From NCBI GenBank assembly GCA_025964435.1, contig JAOPYV010000007.1, forward strand, positions 1 through 55,505: DNA of 55,505 nucleotides. Direction: 5' to 3'. Positions 8,858 to 16,581 of the stretch are shown one piece after another. A model generated the notes under the pieces. It made no database searches. It was not told the origin of the DNA and was given only the letters and a program-made list of their open reading frames with translations. The stretch comes from Thermoleophilia bacterium. Lineage in GTDB: Bacteria > Actinomycetota > Thermoleophilia > Gaiellales > SKUG01. The first letter of the stretch is position 1, and each line of letters starts with the position of its first letter. A program made the translations under genes and the position numbers.

Positions 8858-8944
8858 GCAGTTCTTCGCGGGTCACGGTGGCCGTTCTTGGTGCTGCCAA
8901 GATGAGAGCTACGTGCAGGTGTTTTCGTCCAAGCGGCCACAGCT

Positions 8945-8999
8945 TGGCCGCATTCGTGAAACACCGAGCTTGGCCGAACCCGATAGTCAGGTACATAGC
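8945..8999 (+). promoter_or_regulatory. conserved promoter-like box, unit A (TGGCCGCaTTCGTGAAACA-N17-CGATAGtcAGGTACATAGC)
   Basis: Aligns block-for-block with 9252-9305. The intervening sequence is not conserved, as expected for -35/-10-type elements. Confidence 0.5.
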
Positions 9000-9205
9000 G
9001 TGTGGCTATCGCCGCCGGGCTTGTCCCCCCTTTCACGCAGCTGGAGTTCCGTCCCCCCTGAAACCCAGCTGCGTTGCCCGGCAGCGTGTCGTCCCCCCGA
9101 AGCCATGCGTACCTGGTCGATACGAGCATCGTGTCCCCCGTCCCCCCTTGGGATGCGGCGCTCCGACCAACGAAAGGCCCCGGCTGTCCCGCCGGGGCCT
9201 TTTCG
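8990..9205 (+). ncRNA. candidate C-rich-loop small RNA 1 (6C-like, expanded)
   Basis: GTCCCCC(C) at 9023, 9051, 9091, 9133 and 9140, plus GTCCC in the terminator loop. 9-bp hairpin CGCAGCTGG (9036-9044) / CCAGCTGCG (9065-9073) and 5-bp hairpin GCATC (9126-9130) / GATGC (9152-9156) place the motifs in loops. Intrinsic terminator GGCCCCGG / CCGGGGCC + TTTTCG (9176-9205). The 5' end is inferred. Confidence 0.5.
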
Positions 9206-9251
9206 AATTCTGGTTCGTACGCGGGGATTTCATCGACGGCCGGCCGGCCAC

Positions 9252-9305
9252 TGGCCGCTTTCGTGAAACAAGTCCGGGCGCTGTCGCGATAGAGAGGTAC
9301 ATAGC
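9252..9305 (+). promoter_or_regulatory. conserved promoter-like box, unit B (TGGCCGCtTTCGTGAAACA-N16-CGATAGagAGGTACATAGC)
   Basis: Second copy of the box at 8945-8999, about 307 nt downstream. Confidence 0.5.
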
Positions 9306-9513
9306 AAGCAACATGCCGCCCCCGGGCGACGTGTCCCCCCTCGTCAGAGCCGATCGCGTTGTCCCCCGTCGATTGGTTTTCGCCCAGGATCCGGCTGCTG
9401 CTTGCGCGCTGCGTCACATCGCTTCCTGAACCACGTTCCCCTCGTCCCGTTTTGGAAGCGGACAGCAGCATTCGAAGCGCCCCGGTCGTCCCCCCGGGGC
9501 GCTTCTGTCTTCC
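9297..9513 (+). ncRNA. candidate C-rich-loop small RNA 2 (6C-like, expanded)
   Basis: GTCCCCC(C) at 9333, 9361 and 9488, plus GTTCCCC/GTCCC at 9435/9444. Nested stems GCTGCTG (9394-9400) / CAGCAGC (9463-9469) and GCTTCC (9421-9426) / GGAAGC (9454-9459). 12-bp terminal hairpin GAAGCGCCCCGG (9474-9485) / CCGGGGCGCTTC (9494-9505) with loop TCGTCCCC. The U-tract is weak. Confidence 0.45.
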
Positions 9514-9642
9514 TACGCGGCCGATCCGGGCCAAGGCAGGCCGGTACGCATTGAGGACGACGGGGGTCAGGCGTAGCGTTGCGACCCTCACGCCTCGGGC
9601 GTGGGGGACACGCAACGAAGCGGCAACGCAGGGGATATCGCC

Positions 9643-10596
9643 ATGCTCAACGCAACGGGCAAGATCATCATCATCATGCCGGAGCCGCGAAATGGCGGGA
9701 GTCGCCATCTTCCGCCGGTCGCCCACGCACCCCACGGAAACCATGGGTCCACGCGCCACGCGCCTCAGCCCGGATCGGTGGATCCCGTCCAGCAGCAGCA
9801 GCTGGCAGAGCATCACATCGCCGACGTGCGCCGCTTCTTCTCCGGCATCGGCGTCACGGAACGCGAAGGAAACGCATCGAACGTGCCCGTCGTGTTCGAC
9901 CCGTCCTTCGAGAACGCGGCGTACGTGCGCCAGATCGATACGCGCACGAACCAGATGGTCGGCGAGTCCCTCCAGATCGGTGTCGACCCCGAGAGTGGGG
10001 AGAGCTATGCCAAGGCGAAGGACGTCATGGCGCACGAATGGACGCATCGCATCACCAACGCGCTCGTGCCCGGGCTGCTCACTGGCGCCCACTTCGGCTC
10101 TGACATGGCGATCGGCGAGTCGCTCGCCGACACGCTCGCCGCGGCGTACGACACTGACGACTGGGACATCGGCGAGGACATCGGCACGCCCGTTCGCAAC
10201 ATGGCTGATCCAGGTCGCTACGGTGATCCGGCCCACATGACCGACCTCAAGAAGATCTACGAATCCGGTGACGAGCGGGTCCAGGTCGTCCGCCGTCCCG
10301 ACGGCCAGCATGCCTTCCGCGTCGAGGGGCACCTGCTCGCCGGCATCCCGAACAAGGCTGCATCACTCATCGGCGATGCGATCGGGCGCGACAAGATGGC
10401 CCAGATCTACCTCGACACCGCGCGCAACAACCTGCAGCCTTGTCGGGGGCTCGACGGCTATGCCGCGGGCGTCATGATGTCGGCGCGCGACCTCTTCGGA
10501 CCGCAGAGCCGCGAGTTCCAGGCGACGACGCAGGCGTTCGACGCCGTCGGCCTCCTCGACCAGGTCAAGGCGCAGCGGGAGCCGTCGCGCCGCTGA
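9643..10596 (+). CDS. M4 (thermolysin-family) zinc metallopeptidase without signal peptide (protealysin-like)
   Basis: HEXXH as AHEWTH, and a downstream Glu motif GESLADT equivalent to thermolysin NEAxSD. No N-terminal signal peptide. ATG 9643 chosen (AGGGGA SD); the track ORF starts at GTG 9601. Confidence 0.85.
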   Translation: MLNATGKIIIIMPEPRNGGSRHLPPVAHAPHGNHGSTRHAPQPGSVDPVQQQQLAEHHIADVRRFFSGIGVTEREGNASNVPVVFDPSFENAAYVRQIDTRTNQMVGESLQIGVDPESGESYAKAKDVMAHEWTHRITNALVPGLLTGAHFGSDMAIGESLADTLAAAYDTDDWDIGEDIGTPVRNMADPGRYGDPAHMTDLKKIYESGDERVQVVRRPDGQHAFRVEGHLLAGIPNKAASLIGDAIGRDKMAQIYLDTARNNLQPCRGLDGYAAGVMMSARDLFGPQSREFQATTQAFDAVGLLDQVKAQREPSRR

Positions 10597-11491
10597 CCTT
10601 CGTGCGCTCCGCGCGTGATCCCAGCCAGACGCCGAGCAGCACGACGAGCATCGCGCCGAAGGTCTCCGGGCCGACGCGCTCCTCGAGCAGCATCCAGCCG
10701 TAGCCCACGGCGAGCGGTGGCAGCAGGTACGTGACCATCGTCGCGCGCGCCGCGCCGACCCGGTTCAGCAGCTCGTAGTAGCCGAGGAAGCCCAGGAACG
10801 TCCCGAGGAAGCCGAGCGCGAAGAGCGAGCCCATCGCCTCGGCGCTCGGCAGCGCATCGGGCAGCACGCGCGCTGCGGGAATCACGAAGAGCAGGGCGGC
10901 GATCGTGACGCTCCATGCGGCGTTCTCGACGCTCGGCAGGCCACCGAGCCGTTCCCGGACGAGGATCGCGCCGGCGGCGTACATCAACCCTGCGCACGCG
11001 ACCGTGAGGATGCCGATCACCTCGGCCGAACCTCCGAGCGCGCCGCGCGCAGCTGCCAGCAGCACGACTCCCGCAAAGCCGACGGCGACGCCGAGCAGGC
11101 GTCGCGGCCCCGTCGGGTGCTCGCGGTCGAAGCGGATCGCGAGCAGCGCTGCCCAGAGCGGCACGCTCGCGTTCACGATGCCGGCAAGACCGGAGTCGAT
11201 GTGCTGCTCGCCGAGCGCGACGAACCAGAGCGGCAGGCCGGTCAGCAGGCCCAGCGCAAGCAGCGACCACGGGCGGCTGCGCACCGCGCTGACGGACTCG
11301 GCGACGATGCGCTCGCCCCGGCGGCGACGCAAAAACCATGCGGTGAGCCAGAGCGGGATCGCGCCGATGATGCAGCGCAGCTCCATCACCAGCATCGGGT
11401 CGAGCTCGTCCACGGCGACCTTGATGAACATGAACGAGCTGCTCCAGCAGATCGCCGTCGCGATGAGGAGGAATATGTCGGGTCGACGCAT
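10565..11491 (-). CDS. EamA/DMT-superfamily transporter
   Basis: About 10 TM helices with a duplicated EamA-like architecture. Start at MRRPDIFLLIATAICW; the rest of the 526-aa track ORF is shadow. Confidence 0.85.
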   Translation of the reverse strand: MRRPDIFLLIATAICWSSSFMFIKVAVDELDPMLVMELRCIIGAIPLWLTAWFLRRRRGERIVAESVSAVRSRPWSLLALGLLTGLPLWFVALGEQHIDSGLAGIVNASVPLWAALLAIRFDREHPTGPRRLLGVAVGFAGVVLLAAARGALGGSAEVIGILTVACAGLMYAAGAILVRERLGGLPSVENAAWSVTIAALLFVIPAARVLPDALPSAEAMGSLFALGFLGTFLGFLGYYELLNRVGAARATMVTYLLPPLAVGYGWMLLEERVGPETFGAMLVVLLGVWLGSRAERTKVSGATAPAAP

Positions 11492-11545
11492 GGTCGACAG
11501 GCTAGCTCGCCCGAGTGCGTCGTGCCGGTGCGTCAGCATTGGTAC

Positions 11546-12238
11546 ATGGATGAACGCATGATTCGCGATGCCCACGGCGCACCCGACCTCGCGGAGCTCG
11601 TCCTCGCGGACGCGCGCGTGCGCGGGAAGCGTGCGCAGGGCGGCACCGCGAGCGGCACTGCGAGCGGCACCGCATGGGCGCCCGCGTCCGTGCCCACGTC
11701 GACCGGGCACGACCCGCGCAGCATCCTCATCCTCGCCATCGTGGTTGCGACGCTCGCGATGGTGATCGCGTGGACCGCATCCTTCGGGGGCGACGATGGT
11801 GGCCCGCTGGAGGCGACAGGCTCCACGCCGAAGCAGGACGTCGCTCCAGCAGGAGCCGGCGCGACGCTGCCGGCCACGCCAGCCGCCGATGCAGCGCCTG
11901 CGCCGATCGTGGGCATCGACCTGCAGGTCGGGCGCGTCACGACGTCGGTATCGGCGGGGCAGGCCACCGTCCGCGTCGGCGTGCGCAACGCGGGCACGCT
12001 GCCGCACGCCGGCGGCACCGGCGCGCAGCTGCTGGTGCTCCTCGACGGTGCGCGCGTCGGCGCTTCCGGGATCGGCGCGATCGCCGCCAATGGCGCGGCA
12101 ACGGTCGTCGACGTCCCGCTCTACTCGTGCAGCTCCGGCGCGCACTCGCTCGTCGTCGTCGCCGACGTCGCCGGGGTCGTGCGCGAGGCCGACGAGCGCA
12201 ACAACGCGCAGGCGCTGCCCACGTCCTTCAGCTGTTGA
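11546..12238 (+). CDS. membrane-anchored CARDB-domain protein
   Basis: TM anchor ILILAIVVATLAMVIAW. C-terminal Ig-like region ending VVREADERNNAQ, typical of CARDB domains. Confidence 0.75.
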   Translation: MDERMIRDAHGAPDLAELVLADARVRGKRAQGGTASGTASGTAWAPASVPTSTGHDPRSILILAIVVATLAMVIAWTASFGGDDGGPLEATGSTPKQDVAPAGAGATLPATPAADAAPAPIVGIDLQVGRVTTSVSAGQATVRVGVRNAGTLPHAGGTGAQLLVLLDGARVGASGIGAIAANGAATVVDVPLYSCSSGAHSLVVVADVAGVVREADERNNAQALPTSFSC

Positions 12239-13184
12239 TCCGCGGGTCGAGGCGCGCAGCCAGTGCGTCGGCGGCCATCGTCGCGATCACGATCGACACC
12301 GCGCCGAGCACGATGATGTCCAAGGTCACCACGACGTCGCGTGCCTGCAGGCTGTCGACGAGCAGGCGACCGAGCCCGGGCAGCGAGAAGACCGTCTCGA
12401 CCACCAGCGTGCCGCCGACCAGCGTGCCGATCTCGAGCGCCACGAGCGTGACGAGCGGCGCGAGCGAGATGCGCAGCGCATGGCCGATCCGCAGCTGTCG
12501 CTCGGGCAGGCCCTGGCCGCGCGCTGCGACGACCATGTCGCTCTCGAGCGCATCGACGAGGTCCGAGCGCAGGAAGCGCATCCATGCGGCGACCTGCACC
12601 ATCGCCAGCACGAGCACCGGGAGCGCGAAGCGCTGGATGAGCTCCAGCAGTCCCGGCTCGCGCGGCATGCCGCCGACATAGACGATCGTCACGCCGAACA
12701 GGTCCTTCGCCTGCACCGCGAGCCACTGCAGCGCGAGGGCCAGCAGGAAGGATGGCAGCGCGCCCATCGCCACCATCAGCCCGGTCACGACCCGGTCGCC
12801 GCGCTGGTTACGGCGCGCCGATGCCCACAGCGCGAGCAGCACCGACGTGGCCAGCGCCACGAGCATCGATGCGCCACCGAGTGCCAGCGTCACGGGCAGC
12901 CGATCCACGATCATGCTGCCGGCGTCCTCGTTGGTGCGGATGCTGGTGCCGAGGTCGCCCCGCAGCGCGTCGCCGAGCCAGTCGAGGTACTGCTCCGGCC
13001 ATGGGCGGTCCCAGCCGTATTCGGCTGCGAGCTGCTTCGTGTCGATGCCGTCGGATTCCTGGGCGATCGTCGCGAGCGGATCGGGCCCGACCATGACCAG
13101 CAGGAAGACGACCGCGCTGGCGGCCAGCAGCGTCGTCGCGGCGCGGACCAGCCGACGGATCACGTGATGGAGGCGTGCGCTCAT
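12228..13184 (-). CDS. peptide/nickel ABC transporter permease (DppB/OppB type)
   Basis: 318 aa, 6 TM, N-terminus MSARLHHVIRRLVRAATTLL typical of DppB. ATGA overlap with the upstream SBP gene. Confidence 0.9.
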   Translation of the reverse strand: MSARLHHVIRRLVRAATTLLAASAVVFLLVMVGPDPLATIAQESDGIDTKQLAAEYGWDRPWPEQYLDWLGDALRGDLGTSIRTNEDAGSMIVDRLPVTLALGGASMLVALATSVLLALWASARRNQRGDRVVTGLMVAMGALPSFLLALALQWLAVQAKDLFGVTIVYVGGMPREPGLLELIQRFALPVLVLAMVQVAAWMRFLRSDLVDALESDMVVAARGQGLPERQLRIGHALRISLAPLVTLVALEIGTLVGGTLVVETVFSLPGLGRLLVDSLQARDVVVTLDIIVLGAVSIVIATMAADALAARLDPRINS

Positions 13185-14881
13185 TCGGCGAGCCACCACT
13201 CGTCGATGTTCCAGTAGTGGCGGCCCATCGCATTGGGCTTGACCCCGCGCAGCCGATGGTTCCAGGCCAGCGTGTCGGGCTGCTGGTAGAGCGGCAGCGC
13301 CGGCATGTCGGTGGCCAGCACCTCGGCGAGGTCGCGGGTCAGCGTCGCACGCCGCTCGACGTCGAGCTCGCGGTCTGCGGCGGCGAGCATCCGGTCGACG
13401 TCGCGTCGGCAGTACTTGAAGTTGTTCTTGCCCGTCCAGTCGGGCGCCCGGGCGATCTCGGAGCAGGAGAAGAGCTTGGCCTGCGACGGATCGACGCCCT
13501 GCGTGAAGGCGTACAGCGCGAGGTCGAACTCGCCCCGGCTCACGACGGCACCGAAGAACACCTCCGGCTTGACCATGAGGATCTCGGTGACGAACCCGGC
13601 CTCGGTGAGCTGCGCGGCGATCAGCTGCACCGTCTTGAGCCGGAGCGGGTTGCCGGTCGTCGTCGTCAGCAGCACCTTGGCCAGCCGGCCATCGCCGAAG
13701 CGCCAGCGGCTCTGGGCGTCGCGGGTCCAGCCCGCTTCGGCCATGCGTCGATCGACCTGCGTGATGTCGCGCCGGTAGCTGGTAAAGGTCGGGTGGTAGT
13801 ACGGCACCTGGTACGGCAGCAGCGTCGAATCCAGGCGCGGGACCTGGCCGCGCAGCACGACGTCGACCAGCGCATCGCGATCGATCGCGTAGGCCGCTGC
13901 CCGCCGCACGCGGACATCGTTGAAGGGGAAGCGCCCGGTGTTGAAGGTCAGGTTCTCCCAGCCGGCTCCGGGGCGGACGTCGAAGCTCGCGGTGGGAATT
14001 GCATCGAGCTCCGCCGGCAGGTTGGTGTCGGGGGAGAGGCCGATCATGTCGGCGTCCTCCATCCGCAGGTCGAGCTTCATCGTGCTCGCGTCCGGGGCGA
14101 AACGGGTGACGAGTCGATCGATGTACGGCTTGCCCTCGGGCCCCGCGCGCCACCAGCGAGGATTGCGCTCGAGCGTGATCCGGTCGCCGCGCTCCCAGCC
14201 GGCGAAGATGAAGGGCCCGCTCGAGACGGTGATGCGGTTGTTCCAGACGGTGTTGAAGTCCGCCTTGGCCAGCGCATGCTTGGGGAGCGGCGCCGTGTTG
14301 AGCAGGTTCACGAGGTACGGCGCGTGGTGTTCGCGCAGCACGATGCGCACGGCATGGGGCGTTGCACACTCGACCTGCTCGACCAGCTGCCAGCCGATCC
14401 GCGAGCCGATCTTCCAGCGGGGATCCATCACGGTCTTCCACGTGAACTGCAGGTCGGCGCAGGTGATCGCCACGCCATCGCTCCATGTCGCCCGCTCGTC
14501 GATGGCGAAGCTGATGTCCATGCCGCCGTCGGGCAGCTCGCGCACGCCGCCGTTGGCCAGCGTCGGCACGGTGGTGGCGAGCAGGGGCTTCCAGGCGCCG
14601 CGGTCATCGAGCACGACCCACGTGCTCTTGAGCGGGGTCGTCAGCACGTCGGTGATCGACATGCCGCCGCTGCCGAGGTACCAGTTGAGCACCGGCGGCT
14701 CCTGCGCCGTCTCCATCCATGCCGTGCCGCCACGGCGTGGGCGGTCGTCCACGGCTGCGTCGGCGCCGTCGACGGTCGAGCCGCAGCCGGTCAACAGCAG
14801 CATGGACAGCACGATGAGCAGCGCTGCGGCCAGCAGTCGATGCGACGGGCGATGCGATGGATGGGGGACGAGGGTGTGCAC
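13181..14881 (-). CDS. peptide ABC transporter substrate-binding lipoprotein (family 5)
   Basis: Lipobox LLLTGC-GS with family-5 SBP-like sequence throughout. GTG 14881 chosen as start; the upstream part of the track ORF is Arg/Pro-rich. Confidence 0.85.
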   Translation of the reverse strand: MHTLVPHPSHRPSHRLLAAALLIVLSMLLLTGCGSTVDGADAAVDDRPRRGGTAWMETAQEPPVLNWYLGSGGMSITDVLTTPLKSTWVVLDDRGAWKPLLATTVPTLANGGVRELPDGGMDISFAIDERATWSDGVAITCADLQFTWKTVMDPRWKIGSRIGWQLVEQVECATPHAVRIVLREHHAPYLVNLLNTAPLPKHALAKADFNTVWNNRITVSSGPFIFAGWERGDRITLERNPRWWRAGPEGKPYIDRLVTRFAPDASTMKLDLRMEDADMIGLSPDTNLPAELDAIPTASFDVRPGAGWENLTFNTGRFPFNDVRVRRAAAYAIDRDALVDVVLRGQVPRLDSTLLPYQVPYYHPTFTSYRRDITQVDRRMAEAGWTRDAQSRWRFGDGRLAKVLLTTTTGNPLRLKTVQLIAAQLTEAGFVTEILMVKPEVFFGAVVSRGEFDLALYAFTQGVDPSQAKLFSCSEIARAPDWTGKNNFKYCRRDVDRMLAAADRELDVERRATLTRDLAEVLATDMPALPLYQQPDTLAWNHRLRGVKPNAMGRHYWNIDEWWLAE

Positions 14882-15114
14882 TGCCCAGTTGTCGCCTCCC
14901 AACTGCCGCGCGAGCTCGCGTATGGGCGCGTGGAAGGGGCCTGCGTGCGGCCGTGTTCGGGGAGCGAACCACCAGGAGCGGCCAGCGGGTGGGCAACGGG
15001 ACCGGAAATGCCTGCACGCTGGGTGGCCGCCCGGGGCCGACCGCGCAGGCGGAGCAGGCACGCGGGCATGCCCGGTGAGACGGGCAACAGGCAGGGAGCG
15101 GGAGGATCGATCCC

Positions 15115-16536
15115 ATGACTGCACCCATCGCCCCGAATTCCCCTGCATCCCTTCCGGCCGCACCGCTCGCCGCCGTGTCGAACCAGCTGATCGCCCGGAT
15201 CGGCGTGCAGGCGGACCTGACCGACGAAGCGCTCCTGCCGCGTGGCCCGCAGCGCAAGCAGGCGGTCTACGACGACCTCGTCAAGACCGCAGCCGCGAGC
15301 CAGCAGCCCGCGATGATGAAGCTGGAGGAGCTGCGGAGGTCCGGTGCCGTGACGGCAGTGGAATCGATGTTCCTGCCGAATGCGCTGGTCGTGACGAGCG
15401 CCCCCGGCAAGGAGCAGGCCGTCGCCGACGCGCTCCGCGGCGTGGCGAACATCACCGAGGTCGCCGAGAACAAGAAGTGGAGCATCCCCGGCGCGCCCGA
15501 CGGTCCGGCGGGTTCCTGGGACGCCGTCACCGGCGGCACCAGCCTCGCGCCCGTCAACGTGGCCTGGGGCGTGGAGAAGATCGGCGCCCCGGCAGCATGG
15601 GCGCGCCACATCGACGGCACCGGAGTGACGATCGGCATCGTCGACACCGGCCTCGACGCAGCTCACCCGGCGATCAAGGGCCACTACCGCGGCACCGCTG
15701 CCGACGGGAGCCAGACGCACGACTACAACTGGTTCGACCCCTTCAACAACCGCGCCGTACCGTTCGATGACGGCGGCCACGGCACGCACGTCGGCGGTAC
15801 GTCTGCAGGCGGCGTCGAGGGTCAGGCGATCGGCGTCGCACCCGGCGCGAAGCTCATCGCAGCCAAGGCGATCGAAGGCGCGGGCAACAACACCTCCGTC
15901 GCCACGATGCGAGCGCTGCAGTGGATGCTCGCGCCGACCAGGACCGACGGGACGTCGCCGGATCCGACGCGTGGCGCCGACGTGGTCAACAACTCGTGGG
16001 GCAACGCCGACCAGAACGACGCCTCCTTCCAGGAGACCTTCGCCGGCCTGCTCGCAGCGGGCATCGAAGTCGTCACCGCTGCAGGCAACGACGGCCCGGG
16101 GGCTGGCACGGTCAGCCCGCCCGGCTCGTACCCCGGCTACATCTCGGTTGCTGCGACGAATCGAGACGACAAGGTCACGAGCTTCTCCTCGCGCGGTCCG
16201 TCCAAGTTCGCGAAGGCCGGCGAGCTCGTGCCGAACATCGCAGGTCCGGGCGCGAGCGTCCCGTCCGCCGTGCCCGGTGGTCGCTACCAGTCGATGAGCG
16301 GCACGTCGATGGCTTCGCCGCACCTCGCGGGCGTCGTCGCCCTGCTGCTGCAGGCGAAGCCCCAGGCCACGCACGCCGAGATCCTCGAGGCGATGAACTC
16401 GACTGCGGTCGACATCGATCGTCCTGGTCCCGACACGGCCGCGGGCAATGGCCGCGTCGACGTGATCGCCGCGATCGACCAGCTCAACACGACCAAGGAA
16501 CCGACTCCCAAGTACCCGCTGGCCCTTCCGGTCTGA
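15115..16536 (+). CDS. S8 subtilisin-family serine protease with N-terminal I9-like propeptide
   Basis: Catalytic triad motifs GIVDTGLD, HGTHVGGT, SGTSMASPHLAG. GGGAGG SD upstream. No obvious signal peptide. Confidence 0.92.
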   Translation: MTAPIAPNSPASLPAAPLAAVSNQLIARIGVQADLTDEALLPRGPQRKQAVYDDLVKTAAASQQPAMMKLEELRRSGAVTAVESMFLPNALVVTSAPGKEQAVADALRGVANITEVAENKKWSIPGAPDGPAGSWDAVTGGTSLAPVNVAWGVEKIGAPAAWARHIDGTGVTIGIVDTGLDAAHPAIKGHYRGTAADGSQTHDYNWFDPFNNRAVPFDDGGHGTHVGGTSAGGVEGQAIGVAPGAKLIAAKAIEGAGNNTSVATMRALQWMLAPTRTDGTSPDPTRGADVVNNSWGNADQNDASFQETFAGLLAAGIEVVTAAGNDGPGAGTVSPPGSYPGYISVAATNRDDKVTSFSSRGPSKFAKAGELVPNIAGPGASVPSAVPGGRYQSMSGTSMASPHLAGVVALLLQAKPQATHAEILEAMNSTAVDIDRPGPDTAAGNGRVDVIAAIDQLNTTKEPTPKYPLALPV

Positions 16537-16547
16537 GGGCAATGGTT

Positions 16548-16568
16548 GCGCGGCGACGCTCGCCGCGC
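16548..16568 (+). terminator. GC hairpin after the S8 protease gene
   Basis: 9-bp stem GCGCGGCGA / TCGCCGCGC with a 3-nt loop. No U-tract. Confidence 0.4.
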
Positions 16569-16581
16569 TACGGTGTACTCC

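Noticed and set aside
8878-9429. 183-aa ORF spanning the C-rich repeat region
   Set aside because: The conserved GTCCCCCC motif falls in all three codon phases. The region contains two terminator hairpins, and the conserved blocks are promoter-like. Non-coding RNA is the better explanation.
8921-9513. Possible CRISPR array or mobile-element repeats
   Set aside because: There are only two copies, each about 307 nt, sharing short blocks rather than short identical direct repeats with unique spacers. No cas, transposase or integrase genes and no terminal inverted repeats are present.
13175-15118. 647-aa plus-strand ORF
   Set aside because: It is antisense to the family-5 substrate-binding protein gene. 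The composition is shadow-like.
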